Positions 39,787-49,696 of a stretch of 64,000 bases of DNA are shown here, piece after piece. Both the position numbers and the translations under genes were made by a program. The notes under the pieces were generated by a model. It ran no database searches. It saw only the letters and a program-made list of their open reading frames with translations, and had not been told where the DNA came from. Each line of letters begins with the position of its first letter. Position 1 is the stretch's first letter. This DNA is from Oscillospiraceae bacterium (GTDB lineage Bacteria; Bacillota; Clostridia; Oscillospirales; Oscillospiraceae), in NCBI GenBank assembly GCA_017430455.1, contig JAFRMX010000010.1, forward strand, positions 40,777 to 104,776, given 5' to 3'.

Positions 39787-40146
39787 TTACTGTCCCTCTT
39801 CATCGGGGACCGCGATTTCTTTGATGATATACTCGTTTCCCGTCTCCAGCCAGGTATTCTCGCTCTTGCAATACGGACATATCTTGGCATATTTTACTGT
39901 CTCATATGTTTTGCCGCAGTTTCCGCACCTTGTGACCGCCTTAAGTTCTTCAACCTTCAGCTCTGCTCCGGACAGGTGCTTTTCTTTTTTCACCGCCCAT
40001 TCCCAAAAGTCTGTAAGATAGCTCGGGATGATTCCGCTGACCTCACCTACCTGTACTTTTACGTAGAGAACCTTATCAATGTTGTTTTCCTCACACAGCT
40101 TGTTGACAGTGTCTATTATATAAACAACCGTACCCATTTCGTGCAT
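39787..40146 (-). CDS. hypA: HypA/HybF-family nickel metallochaperone
   Basis: 119 aa from the internal ATG. N-terminal MHE nickel motif and zinc site CGNCG...CPYCKS. GGAGGTG RBS. The 5' extension in the track was rejected. Confidence 0.8.
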   Translation of the reverse strand: MHEMGTVVYIIDTVNKLCEENNIDKVLYVKVQVGEVSGIIPSYLTDFWEWAVKKEKHLSGAELKVEELKAVTRCGNCGKTYETVKYAKICPYCKSENTWLETGNEYIIKEIAVPDEEGQ

Positions 40147-40194
40147 AATCAAACACCTCCGATAAATCCTAATCAGGCACAAATTTACATATAA

Positions 40195-40241
40195 AATATA
40201 CCATTCAGACAGTTGTCTAACAATTCGCTTTATGATACAAT
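40195..40241. promoter_or_regulatory. Divergent overlapping promoters (hypA operon and LysR gene) sharing a palindromic operator
   Basis: Minus strand: TTGTTA (40223-40218), 17-nt spacer, TATATT (40200-40195). Plus strand: TTGTCT (40213-40218), 17-nt spacer, TGaTACAAT (40233-40241). Palindrome AGACA-GT-TGTCT at 40207-40218. Confidence 0.55.
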
Positions 40242-40280
40242 CTATTCGCAAACGGAATAGAAGGAGGTTGTTTCCTCTTT

Positions 40281-41165
40281 ATGGAAATACAGTATATTTT
40301 CGAATTTCTCGAGCTTGCCAAAACACGCAGCTTCAGCGAGACCGCCTCCAAACTGTACATTTCCCAGTCCAGCCTGTCAAAACACCTCATTCTGCTTGAG
40401 GAAGAGGTCGGAGCCGTTCTGTTCGACCGAAATTCCCGGAATGTCTCATTAAGCGACTACGGAAAGCTATATCTTCCATATGCCCGCAGAATGTGGTCGC
40501 TGTACAGAGAGTCTCTGTTAAGAGTGGAAAGGGAGAAGGCCGGGCGCAGCAGGAACATCTCCATCGCGTTCATACAGGATTCTCACCACTACAACGTCAG
40601 CGGGATCCTTTTTGCCTTTAAAAAAGAATATCCGGATTATTCCGTCAATGTTCTGGAGGTGAGTGAGGAAGAAGAGCTGAGGCTGTTTCGCGAGAGGAAG
40701 ATCAATCTTATAGGCGTATCCGTTTCATCCGGCGAAAAAACGGGATACGATTTTATCCCTCTCGGCAAGAGCCGGATAGTCGCTGTATTCCCTGACGGGC
40801 ATCCGCTCTTCGGGAAGGAAAGTGTCAAGGCCTCCTCGCTTGCAGGGGAGCCGCTCATTCTTCCGAGCAGGAGTATGAAAGTCTTTAAGATCATAACCGA
40901 TGCCATAAAGAGCGGGCGTGAGAAAATTAAGCCGAACATAGTATTCGAGGGAAGCCCCGAATCGTGCATGCAGTTTGCTTCTGAAGGCATGGGCATTTTG
41001 CTGCAGCCGCTGGATGTTATCGAATCCTTTGGGAAAAACACAGTTTATTCGGAGCTCGAGCCGAAGATCGAGCTGTTCTACGGCCTCGGGTACAGGGATT
41101 ATCAGCTGTTGAGCGAAGGCGAAAAGCTCCTCGTGGATTTCAACAGACAATTCATATACAGCTGA
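40281..41165 (+). CDS. LysR-family transcriptional regulator
   Basis: N-terminal HTH (FLELAKTRSFSETASKLYISQSSLSKHL) and a C-terminal substrate-binding domain. Confidence 0.9.
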   Translation: MEIQYIFEFLELAKTRSFSETASKLYISQSSLSKHLILLEEEVGAVLFDRNSRNVSLSDYGKLYLPYARRMWSLYRESLLRVEREKAGRSRNISIAFIQDSHHYNVSGILFAFKKEYPDYSVNVLEVSEEEELRLFRERKINLIGVSVSSGEKTGYDFIPLGKSRIVAVFPDGHPLFGKESVKASSLAGEPLILPSRSMKVFKIITDAIKSGREKIKPNIVFEGSPESCMQFASEGMGILLQPLDVIESFGKNTVYSELEPKIELFYGLGYRDYQLLSEGEKLLVDFNRQFIYS

Positions 41166-41188
41166 AATATTATCATGTCAAATGATCG

Positions 41189-41250
41189 AACCGCCCGTCC
41201 GGACCGCAATTTCAGCCTTAAAGCTGACCGCGGTGAAAGGGCGGTTTTTT
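41189..41250 (+). terminator. Terminator (long-loop hairpin with T tract)
   Basis: AACCGCCC ... GGGCGGTTTTTT. Confidence 0.55.
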
Positions 41251-41340
41251 AGTTTTACTTTTTGGGGGATTTATGATAGTATCGATACAGGTTAAAGAGG
41301 GTTATGACTTTTAAACTATTAATCTACAGGAGGGTAATGC

Positions 41341-44106
41341 ATGTCAGGCAAGAACATAACCGATACGACCGAAGTATTCAATATGCCGGTGGAAGGTCCG
41401 GTAAGGGAGAAAATACTTAAGCTGGCACAGAAGATAACGGACCGCAAAGCTAAAGTAAAGCCGGGAGATCCGGACTACTACGGTGTCGCGGCAATGGTTC
41501 CGACAGATGAAATGGCGGATATCTGTCTCAGAATGAAACTTCGTACTCCGTATAATTTCGAAGCTATGAAGAAAATGAACCCGGATATTCCTGAGGACCG
41601 CCTTAAAAGCGATCTTAAGACAATGCTGGACAACGGCATACTTGAGTTTTCCTACATAAACCCCGAGAACGAAAAGCAGTACTGCCTGCCTGTGTTTGTA
41701 ATGGGCAGCGCGGAGTACTCCAACATGAATGTCGAACTCATGCAGGAACATCCTGAAGTAGCGAGATTCTTTGAAAGAATGACATTCCTTCCGCTCACGA
41801 TCGTCAATCAGATGGTGCCTCCCGGAGGGGCCGGGATCGGAATGCATGTCATTCCCGTAGAAAAAGCCATTCCCGCAAATGCCGATTCTATCGACATTGA
41901 GCATATCAGCCACTGGCTCGACAAATGGGACAGGATGGCTGCCGCTCCCTGCTCCTGCAGAATGGGCAGAAAGCTTCTCGGTGAAGGTGACAGCGACGAT
42001 CCGAACGACTGGTGTCTGGCTATGGGCCCTGTCGCGGACTATATAGTCGAATGCAAAAAAGGCGGCCGTTACATTTCGAAAGATGAAGCTCTTGAGATCC
42101 TTCAGAAAGCGGAAGACAACGGATATGTCCATCAGATAACCAATATGGACGGTCCAGACAAGATAATCGCGATCTGCAACTGCAACCCGGATATCTGCAA
42201 TGCGCTCAGAACGAGCCAGCTGTTCAATACTCCGAACCTCTCCAGAAGCGCGTATGTCGCGCATGTTGACGCCGAAAACTGCGTTGCCTGCGGAAGATGC
42301 GTGGAATACTGCCCGGCAGGCGCCGTGAAACTCGGCCAGAAGCTCTGCACCAGCGAAGGGCCTGTCTGTTATCCGAAGCACGAGCTTCCCGACGACTCTA
42401 TCTGGTGGGGTCAGGATAAGTGGGACTTTGATTACCGCGACAACAACCGTATCAACTGCTATGATACCGGAACCGCTCCCTGCAAGACGGCATGTCCCGC
42501 GCACATAGCGATCCAGGGCTATCTGAAAATGGCCTCTGAAGGGCGCTATACCGAAGCTCTTGCATTAATAAAGAAAATGAATCCCTTCCCCGCTGTATGC
42601 GGAAGCATATGCAACAAGAGATGCGAGGATGCCTGCACGAGAGGCGACGTCGACAAAGCTCTTGCGATAGACGATATCAAGAACTTCATAGCCCGCAGGG
42701 ATATCGATTCCGAGACCCGCTACATTCCTCCTGTTATAAAAGCCAAGGTCAGAGGAAACTTTGAAGAAAAGATAGCCATTATCGGAGCAGGCCCCGCAGG
42801 CATGACTGCTGCATATTTCCTTGCAACAGCAGGCTTTGTGAATGTCACGGTCTTCGATAAGAACCCGGTTCCCGGCGGAATGCTGATGACAGGCGTCCCC
42901 AGCTTCAGACTGGAAAAGGATGTTCTCAATGCCGAGATAGACGTATTGAAGCAGCTCGGCGTTGAATTCAGATGCGGCGTTGAAGTAGGAAAAGACATTA
43001 CGATCCAGCAGCTCAGAGATGAGGGCTATAAAGGCTTCGCAGTCGCGATCGGTGCCCAGAAGGGCCAGAAACTCGGCATTCCGGGTGAAGATCTGGAGAA
43101 CGTATTCTCCGGAGTCGATTTCATGAGAGCAGTAAATCTCGGAAACGCTCCCGCGCTCGGTAAGAAGACGATCGTCGTTGGAGCAGGCAATGTCGCCATG
43201 GACGCATGCCGTTCGGCTGTCCGTCTCGGAGCGGATACCACTGTTGTCTATCGCCGTACCGAAAATGAGATGACCGCCTCCAGGGAGGAATATGAAGATG
43301 CCCTGTCGGAAGGAATAAAATTCCGTTTCCTCGCCGGTCCTGTCGAGATCGTCGGGAAAGACGGCAAAGCCTCCGGTCTCAAAGTCGAGATCATGGAACT
43401 CGGAGAGGCCGATGAAAGAGGCCGCAGAAAACCCGTCGGAACAGGAGAATTCGAGATTATCGAAGCAGATTCCGTTATATCTGCCATCGGTCAGGCAATC
43501 GACTGGGGCAACCTCGATACCGGTGCTCTGGAAAAAGACAGAAAGAATGTTGCCCAGAGAGAGGATCTCACCCTCCAGTCTGCTCAGGAAGATATCTTTG
43601 TCTGCGGCGACTGCGGCGGAACAAGATTCGCCATTGAGGCTATCGCTCAGGGCCATGAAGCCGCGATCTCTCTTCAGAGATATGTCACCGGAGGTCATCT
43701 GACTATAGGGCGCAACCGCCGTGATTTTATAGAGCTGAATAAGGAAGATGTGGTCCTGCCTGTCGAAAGTCTTAATAAGCCTGAGCGCCAGGTACCGCAC
43801 AGAGATCCCATAAAGGCAATGACATTCTCCGACGAGCGTCTCCCGTTCACTGAGGAACAGGTAAAGCTCGAGACCTCCCGCTGCCTTGGCTGCGGAGCCT
43901 CCGTCGTCGATGAAAACAAATGTATCGGCTGCGGCATCTGCACTACCAAGTGCGAGTTCGACGCTATACATCTCTTCCGCGAGCATCCCGAGTGCTCAAC
44001 TATGATCGCCTCCGAAAAGAAGATCCCGCCTATCCTCGGAAACTTCGTAAAGAAGGCCGGAAGGATAACCGTAAAGAAGGTAAAGGAAAAAGTCAGCCGG
44101 AGATAA
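41341..44106 (+). CDS. Multidomain Fe-S flavoprotein, paralogue of 36956-39733
   Basis: 921 aa with the same domain order and motifs (CSCRMG...CNCNPDIC, CVACGRCVEYCP, IAIIGAGPAGM, VVGAGNVAMDA, CLGCG...CIGCGICTTKC). Roughly two-thirds identical to the paralogue by eye. Confidence 0.8.
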   Translation: MSGKNITDTTEVFNMPVEGPVREKILKLAQKITDRKAKVKPGDPDYYGVAAMVPTDEMADICLRMKLRTPYNFEAMKKMNPDIPEDRLKSDLKTMLDNGILEFSYINPENEKQYCLPVFVMGSAEYSNMNVELMQEHPEVARFFERMTFLPLTIVNQMVPPGGAGIGMHVIPVEKAIPANADSIDIEHISHWLDKWDRMAAAPCSCRMGRKLLGEGDSDDPNDWCLAMGPVADYIVECKKGGRYISKDEALEILQKAEDNGYVHQITNMDGPDKIIAICNCNPDICNALRTSQLFNTPNLSRSAYVAHVDAENCVACGRCVEYCPAGAVKLGQKLCTSEGPVCYPKHELPDDSIWWGQDKWDFDYRDNNRINCYDTGTAPCKTACPAHIAIQGYLKMASEGRYTEALALIKKMNPFPAVCGSICNKRCEDACTRGDVDKALAIDDIKNFIARRDIDSETRYIPPVIKAKVRGNFEEKIAIIGAGPAGMTAAYFLATAGFVNVTVFDKNPVPGGMLMTGVPSFRLEKDVLNAEIDVLKQLGVEFRCGVEVGKDITIQQLRDEGYKGFAVAIGAQKGQKLGIPGEDLENVFSGVDFMRAVNLGNAPALGKKTIVVGAGNVAMDACRSAVRLGADTTVVYRRTENEMTASREEYEDALSEGIKFRFLAGPVEIVGKDGKASGLKVEIMELGEADERGRRKPVGTGEFEIIEADSVISAIGQAIDWGNLDTGALEKDRKNVAQREDLTLQSAQEDIFVCGDCGGTRFAIEAIAQGHEAAISLQRYVTGGHLTIGRNRRDFIELNKEDVVLPVESLNKPERQVPHRDPIKAMTFSDERLPFTEEQVKLETSRCLGCGASVVDENKCIGCGICTTKCEFDAIHLFREHPECSTMIASEKKIPPILGNFVKKAGRITVKKVKEKVSRR

Positions 44107-44175
44107 TCAACTCTATATTAAAAGGACCCTGTGTAAAAAGCAGGGTTCTTTTGCTGATTTATAAAGGAGCAAAAC

Positions 44176-45591
44176 ATGGAAATTAAAAAGGAAGCTTATG
44201 ACCCGTCATCGCAGCTGAATGTCTGCCTTCTGAACGACTCTTTCCCCCCTGTCATAGACGGAGTGGCAAACGCAGTCGTCAATTATGCGGGGATCATAAA
44301 CTCCGAATTCGGAGAGGCGACCGTTGTCACTCCCGATGTGCCCGGAGCCCGTGATTATTATTCTTTCTCGGTCGTCAGATACCCAAGCCTCGACACAGAA
44401 AAGCTTGCAGGATACAGGGCAGGTTTCCCCTTCGATCCGGCAACCATCAATCTGCTTAAAACCAAGGGCTTCAATGTCATTCATACACACTGTCCCGTTG
44501 CCTCAACGATGCTGGCAAGAGTGCTCAGGGATGAACTGGATATCCCTGTAATCTTTACATATCACACCAAATTTGATGTTGACATAGCCAATACGGTACC
44601 GACCAAACCTCTGCAGGAGGCGGCCAAGGGCCTGCTTGCCGAAAACATATCTGCCTGTGACGAAGTCTGGGTAGTCAGCGAAGGTGCCGGCGAGAATCTC
44701 AGATCCCTAGGCTATAAAGGGGATTATATAGTAATGCCGAACGGTGTCGACCTTCCGAGAGGAAAGGCACCTGAATCAGCAATACGGGAGCTTGCCGAAA
44801 AATACGCTGTTCCTTCAGATTGCCCCGTTTTTCTTTTCGTAGGCAGGATAATGTGGTACAAGGGCTTAAAACTTATGCTCGATTCCCTGCTGAAGCTGAA
44901 AGAAGCGGGCTACAGCTACCGGATGTATTTTGTCGGTGACGGCATGGACAGAGCTGAAGTGGAAAACTACGCAGAATCTCTCGGTCTCAATGATGAATGC
45001 ATGTTCACCGGAGCTGTCAGCGACCGTGAGGTGCTTAAGACCTGGTATTCATCTGCAGATCTTCTGCTCTTCTGCTCCACTTTCGATACAAACGGCCTTG
45101 TTATCCGTGAAGCCGCCGCCTGCTCGCTCGGAAGCCTTCTTATTAAAGGAAGCTGTGCTGCCGAGGGAATAACAGACGGAAAAACAGGTATTCTGGCTGA
45201 AGAAAACGCCGATTCGGTCTCAAAAGCCATTTTGGCCTTTGGCAGTGACAAGGCGGCCTTCAAACGCCTCGGTGAGGCTGCATGCAATGAGATCTACATA
45301 TCCTGGGAGGATTCCGTTGCAAATGCAGTCCGCCGTTATTCCGAGGTTCGTGAACTCTGGGCATCAGGGGAACTCCAGAAAAGGAGAAATCCGCTTGAAA
45401 GACTCAGGAAATTTGCCGAGGAGTGGGATGAGTCTTTCGAGGCTGTTCAAAAAAGACAGCGCGAAGCAATCGAAAATGCAGAAAGCAAAGCATTAGCAGC
45501 TTTGGCACAGGCAGATCGAAACCGTATCGAAGCCCTGGAACGGATAAAAGAACAGATAAAGAGAGCCGGAGAGCAGATGCTTTGGAGATGA
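44176..45591 (+). CDS. GT4-family glycosyltransferase with a C-terminal coiled-coil tail
   Basis: GT-B fold signatures (VIHTHCP..., FVGRIMWYKG, E..G..I.EAAA). The last 70 or so aa are charged and helical. Confidence 0.75.
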   Translation: MEIKKEAYDPSSQLNVCLLNDSFPPVIDGVANAVVNYAGIINSEFGEATVVTPDVPGARDYYSFSVVRYPSLDTEKLAGYRAGFPFDPATINLLKTKGFNVIHTHCPVASTMLARVLRDELDIPVIFTYHTKFDVDIANTVPTKPLQEAAKGLLAENISACDEVWVVSEGAGENLRSLGYKGDYIVMPNGVDLPRGKAPESAIRELAEKYAVPSDCPVFLFVGRIMWYKGLKLMLDSLLKLKEAGYSYRMYFVGDGMDRAEVENYAESLGLNDECMFTGAVSDREVLKTWYSSADLLLFCSTFDTNGLVIREAAACSLGSLLIKGSCAAEGITDGKTGILAEENADSVSKAILAFGSDKAAFKRLGEAACNEIYISWEDSVANAVRRYSEVRELWASGELQKRRNPLERLRKFAEEWDESFEAVQKRQREAIENAESKALAALAQADRNRIEALERIKEQIKRAGEQMLWR

Positions 45592-45601
45592 GGAGAACTG
45601 T

Positions 45602-46030
45602 ATGACACATGAAGAAAGAGCTTTGAACTGTGATCACCAGTGCAGTACATGTGCTGACAACCCTGCCTTAAAATCGGGGCTTTTAAAGCGCTGGCCGATA
45701 CGCCTGAGCCTTCTTGGCGCTGCAAACTGCATCCCATACAATTCGGACATTCTGATTGCTGCAGACTGCACTGCTTTTGCCTGTGCAGATTTTCAGGACG
45801 AATACATAAAGGACCGGCTGACAATAATAGTATGCCCCCTCTTGGAAGAAAGCGAAGCTAAGCTCTCAGAGATCTTCGGGGATAATGAGATAAGAAGTAT
45901 AACAGTTGCCAGGATGAGTTCCATATGCTGCAACAAGCTTTCCGCCTCTGTGAAGGCCGCTGTTGCCAAAAGCGGAAGGATACTGCCTGTGCAGACAGTT
46001 ACAATAGATCCCTCCGGAGAGGTTATTTAA
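45602..46030 (+). CDS. Cysteine-rich hypothetical protein (possible Fe-S protein)
   Basis: 142 aa. CDHQCSTC near the N-terminus, plus DCTAFACADF, VCP and ICC. Starts 11 nt after the GT4 stop. Confidence 0.5.
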   Translation: MTHEERALNCDHQCSTCADNPALKSGLLKRWPIRLSLLGAANCIPYNSDILIAADCTAFACADFQDEYIKDRLTIIVCPLLEESEAKLSEIFGDNEIRSITVARMSSICCNKLSASVKAAVAKSGRILPVQTVTIDPSGEVI

Positions 46031-46060
46031 ACATTTTTAAGTACTTTTGTAAATAATGGC

Positions 46061-46091
46061 AAAAAAAGAGCGCGGTATGCGCTCTTTTTTT
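46061..46091 (+). terminator. Rho-independent terminator
   Basis: AAAAAAAGAGCGC-GGTAT-GCGCTCTTTTTTT. Confidence 0.85.
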
Positions 46092-46208
46092 GTTCAATTT
46101 TGGTAAATTCGCAGATTTTGATTTTTTGTACAAAAAACGCGTGTTTTTTGCCCTTTTTATGCTAAAATAGGCGCGGAACAGATAAAAATACAAAAAAGGA
46201 GATATATA

Positions 46209-47474
46209 ATGAACTACAGCAAGAAGACTGTTTATGATGCCGATGTCAAGGGCAAAAAAGTTTTGGTTCGCTGTGATTTCAATGTCCCTCAGGACAAGAA
46301 GACGGGCGAGATTACTTCCGACAAGCGTATCGTCGCTGCAATACCCACTTTAAAATACCTTCTTGAGCAGGGTGCTGCCGTTATCGCGTGCTCACATCTC
46401 GGCAAACCCGCAGCCACATTCTCTTCCTACGTAAAAAAGCAGGTCGAAAAGGGAAAGAATGCAGAAGATATAACTGAAGAAGAATGGAAAAAGTCACTTA
46501 AAAAGCTCACGCTGGCTCCCGTGGCAAAGCGCCTGAGCGAGCTGCTCGGTACTGAAGTTATATTTGCAGCCGATACCGTCGGTGAAGATGCAAAAGCTAA
46601 GGCTTCTGCCTTAAAACCCGGCGAGATAATGCTGCTTGAAAACCTCCGGTTCGATGCGAGGGAGACCAAAAACGGTGAAGATTTTGCAAAAGCGCTGGCA
46701 GATATGGCAGACGTATATGTCTCTGATGCTTTCGGAACAGTTCACAGAGCTCATGCCTCCACAGCCGGAGTTGCAGCCTTCCTTCCTGCCTATGCAGGGC
46801 TTCTCGTTGAAAAAGAGATCTCCATCATGGGGAAAGCGCTTGATGATCCAAAACGTCCTTTCGTGGCTGTTCTGGGCGGTGCCAAAGTCTCCGATAAGAT
46901 CAATGTAATAAATAACCTTCTTGAGAAAGCTGACACGGTAATAATCGGCGGCGGTATGGCATATACCTTCAAAAAAGCTCAGGGCTATACCATCGGCAAG
47001 TCGCTCCTTGAGGAAGATAAGCTCGACTATGCCAAAGAGATGCTGGCTAAAGCCGAAGCAAAAGGCGTCAATTTCCTTCTCCCGGATGACAACTTCTGCG
47101 CATCCGAGTTCTCAGCTGATGCCGAACCCGTTCTGGTTGAAGGCGATATTCCCGATGATCTTATGGGCATGGATATAGGCCCGAAGACTGTTGAAAAGTT
47201 TGCTGCCGCAGTCAAAGGCGCAGGCACGATCGTCTGGAACGGTCCTATGGGCGTTTTTGAGTTCGACAGATTTGCAAACGGTACCAAAGCCATGGCGCAG
47301 GCTTTGGCCGATTCCGGTGCGGTTACAATTGTCGGCGGAGGAGACAGCGCTGCCGCTGTTGAAAAACTCGGTTTTGCAGACAGAATAACCCACATCTCCA
47401 CGGGTGGCGGAGCTTCTCTGGAATTTCTCGAAGGAAAAGAGCTCCCGGGTGTTGCCTGCCTCCTGGACAAATAA
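46209..47474 (+). CDS. pgk: Phosphoglycerate kinase
   Basis: 421 aa. [14 protein letters not shown] and GGGDSAAA motifs. Confidence 0.95.
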   Translation: MNYSKKTVYDADVKGKKVLVRCDFNVPQDKKTGEITSDKRIVAAIPTLKYLLEQGAAVIACSHLGKPAATFSSYVKKQVEKGKNAEDITEEEWKKSLKKLTLAPVAKRLSELLGTEVIFAADTVGEDAKAKASALKPGEIMLLENLRFDARETKNGEDFAKALADMADVYVSDAFGTVHRAHASTAGVAAFLPAYAGLLVEKEISIMGKALDDPKRPFVAVLGGAKVSDKINVINNLLEKADTVIIGGGMAYTFKKAQGYTIGKSLLEEDKLDYAKEMLAKAEAKGVNFLLPDDNFCASEFSADAEPVLVEGDIPDDLMGMDIGPKTVEKFAAAVKGAGTIVWNGPMGVFEFDRFANGTKAMAQALADSGAVTIVGGGDSAAAVEKLGFADRITHISTGGGASLEFLEGKELPGVACLLDK

Positions 47475-47507
47475 AATCAATTAATAAACATATATAAGGA
47501 CGAAGAA

Positions 47508-48278
47508 ATGAACAAAAAATACAGAAAACCCTTTATAGCGGGCAACTGGAAGATGAATATGCTCGCAAGCGAAGTAAAACCCTTCATGTCTGAACTCAAG
47601 GCAAACCTGCCAGCAGAAAGATCCTGCGATGTAGCTCTCTGTGTTCCGGGTCCGCTGGTTCCGGCAATGGTAAAGGCCGGCCGTGAGTGCAAGGTTTCTG
47701 CCGGCGGGCAGGACTGCTCACAGTATGCCAAAGGCGCATACACAGGCGAAGTCAGCGCACTTCAGCTTGCAGATCTCAAAGCGAAATACTGCATCGTGGG
47801 CCACTCCGAGAGAAGACAGTACCACGCTGAGAGCGATATGCTCATAAATGCAAAAGCAAAGATCCTTATCGAAAACGGCATCAAGCCTATAATCTGCGTC
47901 GGTGAGAGCCTTGAGCAGAGAGAGATGGGTCTTACAATGGAGCACATTGCATATCAGGTCAAAGCAGCTTTAAGCGGCATCAGTTCTTCAGAGCTCCGCA
48001 AGTGTGTTATTGCTTATGAACCCATATGGGCTATCGGCACGGGCAAGACAGCAACAGCAGATCAGGCTCAGGAAGTCTGCGGCGAGATCCGCGCGATAAT
48101 CCGTAAGATGTACGGTGCCAGAAGTGCAAGAGCTGTCCAGATCCTATACGGCGGCAGCATGAACGCCAAGAACGCAACCGAATTGCTCGCACAGCCCGAT
48201 ATCGACGGCGGACTCATAGGCGGCGCTTCCTTAAAGCCGGTCGATTTTTCGGTAATAGTGAAGGCAACAGAACAGTAA
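47508..48278 (+). CDS. tpiA: Triose-phosphate isomerase
   Basis: 256 aa. AGNWKMN, VGHSERR, AYEPIWAIGTG and GGASL motifs. Confidence 0.95.
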   Translation: MNKKYRKPFIAGNWKMNMLASEVKPFMSELKANLPAERSCDVALCVPGPLVPAMVKAGRECKVSAGGQDCSQYAKGAYTGEVSALQLADLKAKYCIVGHSERRQYHAESDMLINAKAKILIENGIKPIICVGESLEQREMGLTMEHIAYQVKAALSGISSSELRKCVIAYEPIWAIGTGKTATADQAQEVCGEIRAIIRKMYGARSARAVQILYGGSMNAKNATELLAQPDIDGGLIGGASLKPVDFSVIVKATEQ

Positions 48279-48299
48279 TAAACAGAACTATAATTTTGA

Positions 48300-49622
<1,323 letters not shown>

Positions 49623-49634
49623 TAAATGCCTATA

Positions 49635-49664
49635 AAAAGGAAGGCCTTCAGGCCTTCCTTTTTT
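49635..49664. terminator. Bidirectional terminator
   Basis: AAAAAGGAAGGCC-TTCA-GGCCTTCCTTTTTT between eno (+) and ecfT (-). Confidence 0.85.
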
Positions 49665-49696
49665 CTTGTCTCAATATGCTCCGTTCGGCTTCTCTT

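Noticed and set aside
40147-40251. 35-codon 5' extension of the hypA ORF
   Set aside because: HypA proteins start with the functional Met-His-Glu nickel site. The internal ATG has a GGAGGTG RBS, and the extension would run through the predicted promoter and operator.
41344-43986. Long antisense ORFs (386 aa and 473 aa) opposite the 921-aa flavoprotein gene. Similar ones lie opposite DUF1846, enolase, the histidine kinase and the E1 genes.
   Set aside because: They mirror strongly supported genes on the other strand, have no recognisable motifs, and are typical shadow ORFs of GC-rich third positions.
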